From NCBI GenBank assembly GCA_001179505.1, contig CDMY01000354.1, forward strand, positions 1-64,000: a stretch of DNA of 64,000 bases, read 5' to 3'. Source of the DNA: Vitrella brassicaformis CCMP3155. Taxonomy: Eukaryota; Protista; Chromerida. Below the pieces are notes generated by a model. The model saw nothing but the letters and a program-made list of their open reading frames with translations. It was not told the origin of the DNA and searched no databases. Numbering within the stretch: the stretch's first letter is position 1; each line of letters begins with the position of its first letter. Below are positions 1-11,624 of this stretch, in pieces. The position numbers and the translations under genes are program-made.

Positions 1-582
1 CGCGAGCAAGGATGCCTTGCCGCTCTCTCACGGTCGTGGTGGCCCTCCTCTCTCTCTCCCTGGCCTTCCAGCCCCTCCTCGTGCGGAGGAGGTCCAGGCC
101 GAGTCCTACCTCATCACCGACCCTGAGGAGTGTCTGGGCTTGCTGCCCGCACTCTTCGGTGTCAGTGATGACAGCGGCCACGTCCCGCCCGGGTGGGACC
201 TCTCGGCTGACGACCTGCAGGCCATCATGGGCAAGTGGGAGCAGAACAATCCGCTGCCCGATGACGACGAGGCCGACGAGGGTGGGGATGACGGCGAGTG
301 GTACGACAATGACGACGAGGACGCCAGGGCCGTCCGCCGCCGCATTCGCAATGCGATGCGCCACAATCGCAACACACACACAAGCGGCCACGTGAGACTG
401 TCGGATACCACTCGCCGCATCCAGGCCGCCATCCTTCGCAGCCGCACGTGGAGCCGCCGAAGCAGCCGCAGCAGCGTGCAGAGCCGCGTGTCCCGCGCGG
501 GCAACAACGAGAGCAGACAGGACGGCAGCAGGCGGGTCAGGCTGGGCCGCCGACAGAGGCGCAACAGCGACAGCTCGGGTAA
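1..582 (+). pseudogene. 3' part of a lineage-specific family member (copy 1), partial at window edge; frame continuity uncertain
   Basis: SYLITDPEECLGLLPALFGVSDDSGHVPPGWDL..WEQNNP aligns with SYLITDPAHC..YGIKDDTGAVPEGYDL..FENQNP at 3630-3850. The tail ..QRQLG* (taa 580-582) is in a different frame from the upstream part. Confidence 0.55.
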
Positions 583-700
583 GACGTCAGCGGTGATGAG
601 GCACGAGCCAGGTGATGGAAGGGAGCATACGATGTGTGTCTCTCTTGGACACAGACGGAGGCACGCCTTCGATTGCTGCCTGCATTTTATATTTTGAGGA
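565..700 (+). repeat. Dispersed stop-codon/3'UTR element, copies at about 565-700 and 2365-2500, weaker traces at 5065-5085 and 5360-5400
   Basis: acagctcgggta..cacgagcca..gtgatggaaggg..tacgat..gtgtgtctc..acggag..cgattgctgcct..ttttatat occurs at both main positions. Confidence 0.75.
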
Positions 701-1089
701 TTCTTTGAAGAATTGCGCGATGTACCCATCCCAGAGCTACCGAGAATCGGGTACATATCGAAGGACAGACAAAATGAACGATAGAAGTTACAGCCACTGC
801 ATCCTGTGTCTTGCATATTCCTCAGGAGTTTCTTCGGCCGCCCAATGAGGCGAGAGGGCTTCCAACGACAGCCCGTGGCAGCAGGGTGGAGGAACAGGAC
901 CCGAAGCCCACCAATCTCACAGAACATCGAAAGCCAACGCGAAGGTGAGAAAGACGCAATGCCACGGCCCGACGCAGTGAGATGGCGGTGAAATCATGTA
1001 CCTCATCCATTTATACGTCGCTCGTTTCATCGGCTCTGTTGCAGGTAACAAGGTTGATGCATTCGTGAGCACTGCGACCTCCTTGAGCC

Positions 1090-2393
1090 ATGTCGGGACA
1101 TGTGTCGCGGGGGAAGGGGCTGCCGGCGCCCAGCCCTCTTGCGGCGCGGCCTCTTCCGCAGGAGAGCCAACCTAGGAAGCCAGGGAGCAAGACCAGGCCG
1201 GGGAAGAAGGGGAGGAACGGTGCGCACGAAAAGAGAAAGCAACACGGGCCGCCACAGCTGGTTGGCAAGGATGCATCCATTGCAATGATTGTGCTGCATT
1301 CTGTTTCTGTGTCTTCCGCAGCCGAAAGGCAGAGGAAGGCTCACCAGCGCGAGCAAGCCCTGTGGAGCGCGATAGAGGGCGTGGTCAAGTCCAGCAAATC
1401 CATGGACAACAAGGGGGGCGACCTGAGGAGAATACTGCACGAGAACGACGACGTGACCGATGACATGAAAACCTACATCGAGAAGCGGTTCAAAGGTAGA
1501 GTGCACAGAAGGCAGGAACGCATCACGCATTCATGCCTTGATCCATCCATCCGTCCCGGCATGTGTTTGTCCTTTGTTTTGTGTGTGCAGGCTACGAGAG
1601 TGCGTCGCCCCTCAAGAGCCAACGCGAGGGCCCTGCTGCTCAGCTGCAGCAGGCTGGCGGCGCGTCTGCGACGGGGAAGCATGGGCAGCAGGGCGGGGGG
1701 GGGCCGCGACCTCACAGACGGCTGTGGGAGTGGGAGCTACGGGTAGTGGCAGGGGGCGGGGGAGTAGTCCAGGTATCCATGGACACACAATAGAAGAAAG
1801 TCACATACACACTCATTTCCCTTCTGCCACGTGGGTACGTGTGTGTGCAGGGTGGTGGTGTGTCTGGTGGCGCGGGCAGCAGCAGCAGCAGCAGCAGCGA
1901 CGGTAACACACTGACTGGGGGAATGGCTGACCTCAACAACGGGCAGTGCCGGATGAAGAAGCACTGGAAGATGCTGTGGCTCTTCACCGACATAATCATC
2001 GTATGCAAGCTCTGCCCGAAGTACGGCGATGGGTAACACACCTGGAGGGAGGAATGGATGGATGGGTGGGCGTATCCTAGCCATGGTGACACATGTGACG
2101 TATGTATTGCGGTTCTCTTGTGTGCTTGTCAGGTTTCGTTGGTGCATCATTATCTGGTGCCGTGTCGTCGTGGTGCCCATCTGCCAGCTGATCAGGGCGA
2201 CCGGCCGTCAGCCTCGTATCGTTGACGGCCGGGTCAACCTGTATCAGCAGCACGGCAGATGGTACATCGAGATGGAGAGCGGCGCCCCCTTCCTCATCCC
2301 TGAGCGCTTCGCACTGCGGCCGAGATCCACGAGCTGGATCAGGATGGGGAGGAGGCGCTGCTGCAACAGCTCGGGTACGACGTAAGTGTCTGA
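1090..2393 (+). CDS. Lineage-specific family member (copy 2), multi-exon, probably internally truncated
   Basis: GT-AG exons give MSGHVSRGK.., AAERQRKAHQREQALWSAIEG.., KHWKMLWLFTDIIIVCKLC and CQLIRATGRQPRIVDGRVNLYQQHGRWYIEM, which resemble QWNIKWIFADMII and YKLIK..KVVNGRAIPFEQGLYWYLQM of copy 3. The family-type tail EEALLQQLG lies in another frame. Confidence 0.55.
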
Positions 2394-2899
2394 TGATACA
2401 CGAGCCAAAGTGATGGAAGGGTGGATACGATCATGTGTGTCTCCCTTAATTAGATACGGAGACACACTTCCGATTGCTGCCTACGTTTTATATCTGACGG
2501 ATTCTCCAAGATCGCACGACGCTTTCCTTTCTGAGCGATCCCGACATTGTTCCCCTGAGGAGTGTCGTTGGGATTTCGCCAGTCACAAACCATCATAATT
2601 CCTGCGGTGTTGGTTGGCCTCAGGTGATGATGGCGAGATCAGTGTGTGACGATCTTGGCCGAGGCGCGCGTTAGATGCACCTGCGACGATTGCGGTGCAT
2701 CGTCTGCTGTCGTGTTACCCCCAGTAAAGCGTCCAAGCCACAGCCAGTGATATCCTCCGCCACAGAGCGAGTGAGAGAAAGCCCTCTTGCCCCACCACCA
2801 CCAACTCAACGAAGGAGCGTCGCCATCAGCCCGTCTGAGCCACCATCATGGCGCCCCCCTCAGCCGACAAAGGAAATCAGAACGTTCATCAGAAATCGT

Positions 2900-4330
2900 C
2901 AGGGCTACCGCACCCGCCACCCCGACGTCATCCCGCAGGGGGTCAACAAGGCCGCCCCTGGACAGGCGCCACGGTGGGGATTTGAGGGCTTCGCCAGCTA
3001 CCTGAGGTGTTTGCCCACCTGCTGCACTTCAGCGCCCGGCAGCACTTCCAGAGCATCCACATCACCATCCCACTGGAGGTGGTGCTGCCCCGGTTCTGCG
3101 AGTACGCCGACCTCACTCACCAGGTGCGGGTCACCGACCAGTGGAACATCAAGTGGATATTTGCCGACATGATCATTATCATCTGGTGGTTGAAAAGTCA
3201 TCGTCTGCATCATCAGTTGGGTCAAATGCGTCCTCTCCCTCAACTACAAGCTGATCAAGCAGCGGAAGGACGCCGTCCTCAAGGTCGTCAACGGGCGGGC
3301 AATTCCCTTCGAGCAAGGCCTCTACTGGTACCTCCAGATGGTCAAGAAGAACGGAGGCGGCCCGGCCCCTCCCCTCCGTCTGCCCCGCTGCTTCTGTGTC
3401 ATCGCCGAGCTCTTCCGCCTCACGCCCGTCGAGCGCTCGTTCGTCAAGGGCAACAACCTACCGGCGAGGGACGACAGCTCCAAGACCAACAACCAACAGG
3501 AGCTGCGGGACACGGCCAGAGAGATGGTGGAAGCCAGCACCACCACCCACCCGGACCTCAAGGCCGTCATCCAAGTGGTTTGACGAGTGGCCCCTGCCGT
3601 CCTGCCAATTCTCAGACGAGATCCGCGGCAAGTCCTACCTCATCACCGACCCAGCCCACTGCATACGGCATCAAGGACGACACGGGTGCGGTGCCCGAGG
3701 GATACGACCTGACTGCCCATCACCTCGGGATCATCCTCAAGACGTAAGCAGCGAAGCGAGGGAGACACACACCACATGCATGCAGCGATGACGTGATGTG
3801 TCTATCTTCCATAGATTTGAGAACCAGAACCCCATCGACGAGGAGTGGGAGGACGAGGCGATGGGGCTGTCCCACGCTCTGCAGCACCTGACGGACCGCA
3901 ACGTCATCGAGATAGGACGGGGGAGAAGAGCCGCCAGCTGCAGAGCAGAGGGGTCGTCAGAACAACACACGGCACAGGTGTGCGGAGGGCAATGTTTGTG
4001 TGCATGAATCCGTCTCTCTGTTCACATGCAGAGCGAGGAAAAACTCTCAACCGACCATGTGTGTCTCTCTTGTGTATTCGCGGTCGTAAGTGTCGTGCTT
4101 GCACGAATTTCACCTGGCGGGGCTTCTGCACCTGGATCTGAACAACATAATGTTCCCTGAGAAGGCCCCGCTCCAGGTGATGCCCGTAGACCTGACGGGC
4201 ACAAGGGGGGGCAATGACGCACGACCATGGGCAGCTATGCAAGGGATATCCGGTCTATGTACGCCATGAGGTTTACGAAAAGGTGACAGGCGGAATCTTT
4301 GTTGACTACGTCCTCTACTATTGGGCAGAT
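2900..4330 (+). pseudogene. Lineage-specific family member (copy 3) with several frameshifts, followed by a degenerate kinase-like segment
   Basis: Homology to copies 1 and 2 changes frame near 3005 (FASYLR to VFAHLL), 3575 and 3665. LHLDLNNIMF and GYPVYVRHEV lie at 4120-4275, split by a 7-G run. Confidence 0.6.
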
Positions 4331-4499
4331 GCAGCCCCGCTTCCACGGCCGACACGCAAGCCCCAACAGCCTCAGGGGCATCGAGCAGTCGCCCAGGTAC
4401 GAAAGGGGAAAGCCAAATGCACTCACAGAGAAGTCTCCCATGTGTACGTATGTGTGGTCCTTCATGTCCGCAGGGACGACTTGTTTGCTGGTGTGAGGG

Positions 4500-5085
4500 C
4501 CGCCCTGAGCGTCATAATGACGCCGGCGTCGGCCTCGCCTGGCGCTCCGTGGGCCGCTGGGAGCAGAAGCACCTGCTGCCCGATGACAACGAGGCCCACG
4601 AGGTGAGGATGACGGCGAGTGGTATAACAATGACGACGATCGTGCTGAATGGGAACGTTTCAAGCAGCTCTCTCAGAAGAATCGTGCTGCTTGAGAGCAG
4701 CAGTCGTCCCCCGCTGCTGCTACTCCCGTGATTCCCGTCGGCTCATCTTCGTCGGACAGGTGAGACACAAAGCCGAACAAAAGAGACAGACAGCACTGAC
4801 GACGCATGTCCTTGTAGATTGGTTGCCGAGCGGACGCCAGAGCCGTCCGCCGCTGCATCCGCCACGCCATGCGGCACAATTGCAACACTCACACACGCGG
4901 CCACCTCCGACTCTCCGACACCACTCGTCGCATTCAGCAGGGCCCCCCTCGCAGCCGCTCATCGTCAAGCCGCATCAGCCGCAGCAGCGTCCAGAGCCGC
5001 ATCAGCCGGGCGGGCAACAGCCACCGGAGCCGATGACCAGGGCAGCAGCAGACAACGAAGGAGTGAGCAGCGACAGCTCGGGTAG
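4500..5085 (+). pseudogene. Degenerate 3' fragment of the same family (copy 4)
   Basis: tgggagcagaagcacctgctgcccgatgacaacgaggcccacgag..gatgacggcgagtggtataacaatgacgacga (4557-4640) closely matches 236-320 and ends in the same QRQLG* tail. Confidence 0.65.
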
Positions 5086-5702
5086 AGCAGGATGGCGATT
5101 TGCTGGTTCGTCGAGTGATGTAGGGGCTGAAGTGGAGAAGGTGGTCGACGCCTCCATGACTAGCTGAGACATCGCAGCCTATCGGCAGCCGTCGGTGGAG
5201 GCCTCTCTTGAGTGTGGCGGACCAAGACGAGGGCTTGCTGCCAGCCCTGTGCAGACTGCCCGTATGGGCTCACACGTGAGCACATACGTCATGCTGTGCG
5301 GCATATGCATGGACGGGGGAAGGGGACTGAGTGTGCGTGTCGCTGTTTGTGTGCCTTCCAACGAGGAGGCACAGCCATCGTTGTCTACATTTTATATCGT
5401 GCTGTTCGTTGCACGTTTGACGAAACTCGTGTTGACTGACAGGCCTTGGCTTGTGACTCCCCATTCACGTTGGTGTTTGCGCGTCTGCGTGTCTGCGTGT
5501 GTGCATGTGGACAATTTCTCGTTCGAGCGGCTCACATTGACCTGTCCACACACGGCCCCTTGCTGAGACCCATAGCAATGTCGATGTCAGCAACACACAC
5601 GTCTCTATGTGTTGTCTGTTCATCCCCAAGACACACCGCCCCTATCTACACATGCAGGCAGTCAAGCCGCCCCTCCCCTCATGCACACGTGAGCATAATC
5701 AA

Positions 5703-6708
5703 TCAGAACAGCGGCACCTTCCTCTCAGCTCGGATCGATGGGCGGACCACCCCCTCCCCACTCTTTTCCCCGACCCCGCTGCCCTTGGTGCGCCTGGTCT
5801 TGTAGACTACCTCTCGTCTGCCACTTCCTGCCGTATGCTTGCTGCTCTGGCCATCTCTCCGCCTCTCCTCTTTCGGGCGTGTGTCGCTCCTCTGTTGTTT
5901 GGGGTGTGGTGGAACGGGTGGCGACGCTGACGGTAGAGAGAATGACGTCGTGACAGTGCATGATCCCCTCAACACGTCGTTGGCGTCATCGTCGCCATCA
6001 AAACAATAAGCCTGAAGGACAGTGAATGAGTCGACACACGTGTGCACTGGAGCAGTGTCGTCGCATGTAGCCTCCCACCTTGGATGCTTGTGCAGGCTCG
6101 TCTGGAGGCTCGTCGTCTTCAGCATCGTTTGGCGATGGGTCACTGTGCTCTTCATCATCGATGGCAGGCTCATCGCCCAACATGTGTTCATCATCAGCAT
6201 CGTCACCTGATGGGCAGACAGCAAGAAGGGACATCGGCTCCTCACGTGGACTGGCTCCCTGCGCATGTTGCTCCCCTCCTCCCCCTCACCGTCATTGGGT
6301 TTCTTGCCGTGTAGTCTGACCAGCTTCTGCAGCGCGAGTTCAGCACTCGTCTGGCCCAGCTTGACCTGGGCAAGCTGCTGCCTCACCTCACGACGCCTCT
6401 CCTCTGCACAAATGATACCACAACACCCAGAGCACCATTGACCAGATGAAAGCGCCGCAAACGATGCCGTGCTGTGTAATTACTGCTCACGTTTCATGGC
6501 CCTGACGTCCTCCCTCTCCTTCTCCTTCTTTTCTGCCTTGGCCTTGTCCCTCCTCGCCTGTTTGCGCTTCCCAAAACCAGTCAAATAGCTCCTGCACAAC
6601 ACAACACAGCACCGATACTGGTACACGACACACGAAGAATGCACATCGATCATCACACCTTCTGGAAGATTCATCGAAGGACACCTCAGATCCCTTTCGT
6701 TTCTTCAT
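5703..6708 (-). CDS. NOL12: Nucleolar protein 12 / Rrp17 (Nop25 family)
   Basis: Spliced N-terminus MKKRKGSEVSFDESSRR|DYLTGFGKRKQARRDKAKAEKKEKEREDVRAMKREQ matches the family motif V.FD...R..YLTGF.KRK..RR; acidic then basic tail. Confidence 0.85.
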
Positions 6709-6857
6709 TCTTTTCCAAAGATCCTTCTGCCTCCGGCTACCTGTTAACTACCCCAAACAGCAAGGAGCGGGGAGATCCGCCAAAAAACTGCGAGCTGTCG
6801 GATGGGCCCGGCATCAGGCAGCTTGGCGTATAGTGTGCAGTTGGCCTCTGTAGCAGC

Positions 6858-8178
6858 ATGAAAGAAGGCATTCCGTTCTGCCGCGTTCCGGGCGACGTCA
6901 CACAGACAATCACCAGCTACCTGGACTCACCCTCCGCCCTCTCGCTGCGCCTTGTCGACAAATGCCGCGCCGCCGCCCTCACTTTGGCGTCGTTAATCGC
7001 CCTCTTCAGCAGCCTGCTGGCCAGCATCGCTAACGATGCCGAATTGGAGGGTCTACTCCAGGTGCCCATCCCGCAGCTGCCGCTAAACAGCGACTTGAGC
7101 CACTTCTACACAAGCGGCATCACCCGCTGGCTGTTTCATCAGCTCATCTCTCGACTCTGCATCTTGGATAACTGCGGTTTGTCTCGATGGCGGCTGCCCC
7201 TGCTGATGCTGTACTACATCAGAGGTCGGCGGCCCCTGGTGCTAGAGAAAAAGAACTTTGGCGTCTTCGATTCCGTCGCTGATGCCCTGCGGCAGCCGGA
7301 GGCGAAGCGTCAGTGGTCTGTGATGAGCCACTGCCTGCAGCTGAGTCTCAGCCAGGGTGGTGCGCAGCCTGTGATGGAGTATGGGCGCATCAGCAGCCCA
7401 TCCAACATCCGCCACCACCTGCGCATCGCTGTACGCGACAGCCCCAGCCCGCTCTGCCCTGATGCATTCGACCCAAAGGACCCCACCACGGAGATCGACC
7501 AGACAGACACCGTCTTCCACACCTACAGTGGTGCGCAGCAAGCAAGGCGACAGACTTGTGTGTGTATATATGAATGTGGCCTCCATGCCATGTGTCCATG
7601 TGTCTGATGTGGTGGGGTTCATTCGTGCAGGCATGGTAGCGTTCACCCTGGCGGGCCTCTCCCGCCGGCCCTCGGGGCGAGATGCCATTAGACCGAGGGC
7701 CACCCCCGGGACGGCCGTGAGCTTCCTGTGGTTCGCCCGCGATCGCAGTTCGGCCATCGCTCGGTGGGTCAGGGCCGTGCTCGAGTACCCGGCATCAGCC
7801 CTGCCCATGCGCGTGTACGACAAGGTGCTGCGTCGAGGAACTGACCGCAGGTCTGTGAGCGAGCGGGGCACGTCCATCGAGATCCGCAACAGCCGATACC
7901 GCCTCATCGTGGTGACCACAAGCACACAGCATGGGCACTTTGCGTGCGTCACAGTCGGAGATTACCCATCGTTGGTCAGTGGGCTGGCAGGGACTTGTCG
8001 GTGCTCATATGAGCGCGCGTGAAGGTTGCGTGTGTGTGCACCACAGGACATCTATACGACAGAGCAGCCGCCCTTCACCGCCACCCGCGCCGCTTTGCAG
8101 ATGCTGCTGGGGCAGCAGGCGGCTGATGAGGTGTGGTGGTCGCTGGTGGACGACGAGCATGTCACGGTGCATGTCTGA
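6858..8178 (+). CDS. Lineage-expanded hypothetical protein with F-box-like N-terminus
   Basis: Long first exon (IPFCRVPGDVTQTITSYLDSPSALSLRLVDK..); further exons GMVAFTLAG.. and DIYTTEQPPFTATRAALQMLLG..VHV*. The F-box-like call rests on pattern only. Confidence 0.6.
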
Positions 8179-8471
8179 GGCAGAGATGGAGAGAGAGGGG
8201 GCTGCCTGGGTGGATGGGGTGACAGGTAGACAAATAACAGATAGGGGCCGCGGAGGGCGGAGCCTGCCTGCCTGGGTGGGGTTGTTTTGTTCGGTTTTGT
8301 CTTGTGTGTGTGTGTGTGTGTAAAGACCCTGTGTGAACAAGACCACGTGTGTCAAAAGCTACTATGTATGATGATACCAACGAGCGATTGACAGGCGATG
8401 AAAGGCACGCAAGACAGTCGAGTCACCGTACAGGCCGCAGCAGGCACATGCCTACATCCGGCCATTGACAC

Positions 8472-11421
8472 TCACTTGCCAGGCCTGTAGACGGTTTTGA
8501 AGTCTTTCCTGAATCGCATGCAGAGCCGCTCTTCCTCCTGCTGCGGCAGAGCACACCGCTTCCAATCGGCCTTCTCGGGCGATCCCAACGCCTCACAGAG
8601 CGCCTCGCGACCCAGGTTGAGCGGGATGCGCACCTTGCTGGGGCCGCCCGTGATCAAGTAACTGTCCACCTGACGGCCTGCACAGGCACACACACACACA
8701 CACACGCACTTGGATGGATGCACCTGTGGTGGCTTGACTGGCGGACCTCTGGCAGTATTGTCGCCGGGCAGCTCCAGGTAGAGGTAGGGCATCTTGGCGT
8801 TGTTGACCCGCTCGGCCAGCTGCCTCATCTCGCCCACACCCTGGCTGCCGCTGCCGCCCTCGGGCATTGGCTCTCGCCTCTCCAGCCGCTCGTAAGTGAG
8901 GTTTGCCTCCTTGGCCCTGGCCTCAAAGATCTGGCCGATGGAGGCCTCGAGCTGTTTGGGGATCGGCACCACCTGCAGTTGGGTGTGGGCGGCCGTGGTG
9001 TTGTGCATCGGCACATAACGCTCGAACACCACACACGAACGGCCCTGAGAGAGAGAAAAGGCGAGTTCTCTGTGTGTGGCCCGGCCTGGACCAGGCAGCC
9101 ACCTACCTGGCTGTGGTAGAGCTGCCTCAGTACGGAGAGGAAGGTCATCACTTCGGTGAGCATGTCGGGCGGGCCTGTGTGGCAGGCAGGCAGCCATCAC
9201 ACAATGGGTGTTGGTGTTGGTGGCTATGGTTGGTGGTTTGTGCCGTGTCTCACTCACCAGCCATGAGGTATGGGTAGTGGTTGATGGGAATCACCAGAAC
9301 GTGGTCGGCAGCCAGGCCGCCCTTCGCCATCGCCACATACACCTACACACGACACACGGCACACGCACACCCAGACAGACAGAGGTGTGGATTATGCCTG
9401 GAGCGGTTCGTGAACCCGTCCACCACCACCACCACCCGCTCCACCCACACACACGCACCTTGTCGCCCACATGCACAATGAGGTGCTGCTCCACCTTCGG
9501 ATTTGCAAGACAAAACCAGCACTCTGCCACACACAACCATGGCACACTCACTGGTTTGTCCGTCTGTGGTCTCTCTCACTCGAACACACCTGCATGTGGC
9601 TGCATATCGATGACGAGCGGCTGCGGCCCCCTGGGCCTCCCATGGCCGCCCTCCCCCCTCTCGCCCTTGGCGTGCTGCTGCGGCCCTCTCCTGGGATCGC
9701 CCCCTCTGTGGAGCATGATGCGGATCATCCTGTTGCCCGCCTCGATCTGCTCGCTTGCCTTGGTGGCCTCCTCGGCCATCGCTGCCGTGGCGTACTTGAT
9801 CCATCCACGCCCAGTGCCCCGCCTCTTGCCGCCGCCACCACCACTGTCGGCCCCCTCGCCGCCCGTCAGATCGAGATGGACCCACTCGATCTCGCCGAAG
9901 CCCTTCATGACCTTGACGAGCTGGTCTCGTTCGATGTCAAAGGGCAGGTTGGTCAGGAACACGATGGGCGTCTCCCTTGGTGCGAGTGCCGGCCCCTCGA
10001 CCCTCATGCGCTTGGCGGGCCGCTCTGGGCGTTCGGTGGGTGGCGGGGGCGGCTGCAGGTCCCGGAAAGTGTCCAAGAAGGGGTTTGGTGTGCAGGGGGA
10101 GGGCAGCTGGTTGAGGTCTGCGGGGAGGAGGGAGGAGCCGGGGGTGATCTTGATGGCGTGCAGCCACTTGGTCGCCTTGCCGGGCGGAGAGCCGACACCG
10201 CCCAGAGAGATGAAGCGGCATGGGTACCCTGCACACCGACAGACAAACACACAGACAGACACACAGACAGACACACACAGACAACACACGCATTCACGCA
10301 GACGAGAGCAGCCTCGCGTGCACGGCCTTTCCTTTTACCTCTCAGTGTGTCGTATGGCGGGCGCTGGTAGAAGACGCCGCTCGTGGCAGCGATGTGGTAA
10401 CGAGGCGACAGGTGAAAGGCCACACGAGAGACCGTCGGCGAGCTGACATTGACACACACACACACGCACGCACACACACACACACACACACAAGGGGATA
10501 GGAAACCGATCAGCGCGCCTTTCCGCTGGCTGAACCATTCCTTCCCACCTGCACTGCGCTCTCTTGTCAGACGGCAACAGCTCGTCCAGGGCGCTCTTAT
10601 CCTCCGCAGGGAGCCGTCCGTCGATGGCCTGCGGCCACTCTGACGTCACCAGCAAATCGATCGGGACCGACGGCGACGCACCGTTATGCTCACGCTGGGA
10701 GAGGAGGGTCTTCATGGCCATGGGTGTGTAGTTGGAGCCGACGAACGGCTCCGAGTCGCCGCCCTGGTCCTCGCCGCTCGCTGCGCCATCTGCAGCACAA
10801 CAAACACAACACGGCACAACACAACACAACACAACACAACACAACACGCAGCTGATGGTCTTGTTCGTGGGTTCCCGTTGCATCTCCCGCCCGCCCGCCC
10901 TTCCGTCCATCACCCACCATGTGTCCCCTCCGACACGGCCTTGTCATAGCGCCCAGAGAGGAAGGCGATCCTCAGCCCCTTGACGACCTTGATCCCACAG
11001 CCGCCGATGAATTCCAGATCCTCGGCCAGCCGCTGGCCGCCTTTGGCAGAGGCGATGAGCGCCGCTCCCTCCCCCCCAGCACCGCCCTCGATGAAGTAGG
11101 TCGAGATGGGCATGGTCTTGGTTCCCGTCACGAAGTCAGGGAGGTCGGTGGACGGGCCGTCGGGCGAGCCGAGGAAGGACCCGCAGCAAATGAGCAGGTC
11201 GAATGGGCCTTGGCGGGCGTTGACGGCTGACACCTGCAGACAGACAGACAGAAGATCCATGACATGAGAGCATCCGATTCCATCATGGCGCATGCCTCGT
11301 GTCCTGAGGTTTGTCTGCACCCACCCACCCACGTACCCACCTGCTTGGCGAGAAGTCCCAGCTGCCCTTTGACATCGCCGCAGAGCAGCACCTTCACTGA
11401 AACCGTTGCGCCCTCCATCAC
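8472..11421 (-). CDS. CWF19L1: CWF19-like protein 1 (Drn1): metallophosphoesterase-like N-terminus, internal RRM, CwfJ C-terminal domains
   Basis: KVLLCGDVKGQL..GPFDLLICCGSF..TYFIEG..GLRIAFLSGRYD; DLLVTSEWPQAI; CWFCLANPKVEQHLIV; VAMAKGGLAADHVLVIPINH; FERY..HTQLQVVPIP; DWKRCALPQQEE. RRM IVFLTNLPFDI..GRGWIKY at about 9720-9975. Confidence 0.92.
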
Positions 11422-11624
11422 GGAATCACCAAAAGGCAGATCTGCACTCCCCGGCCTTCAGACTTCGTGTCATGCGCTCAGTGGCGGGAGATCTCACGGA
11501 GATGCTGTCAAGCTCGCACCAATTGAGGACAACTGTCCGACGCTTCTGCTTCTTCTCACCCAACGAAGGCCTCACGGCACAGAAGATCTGGTGTGGAAAA
11601 GCTGTGTTGAGAGAAGAAGCAAAG

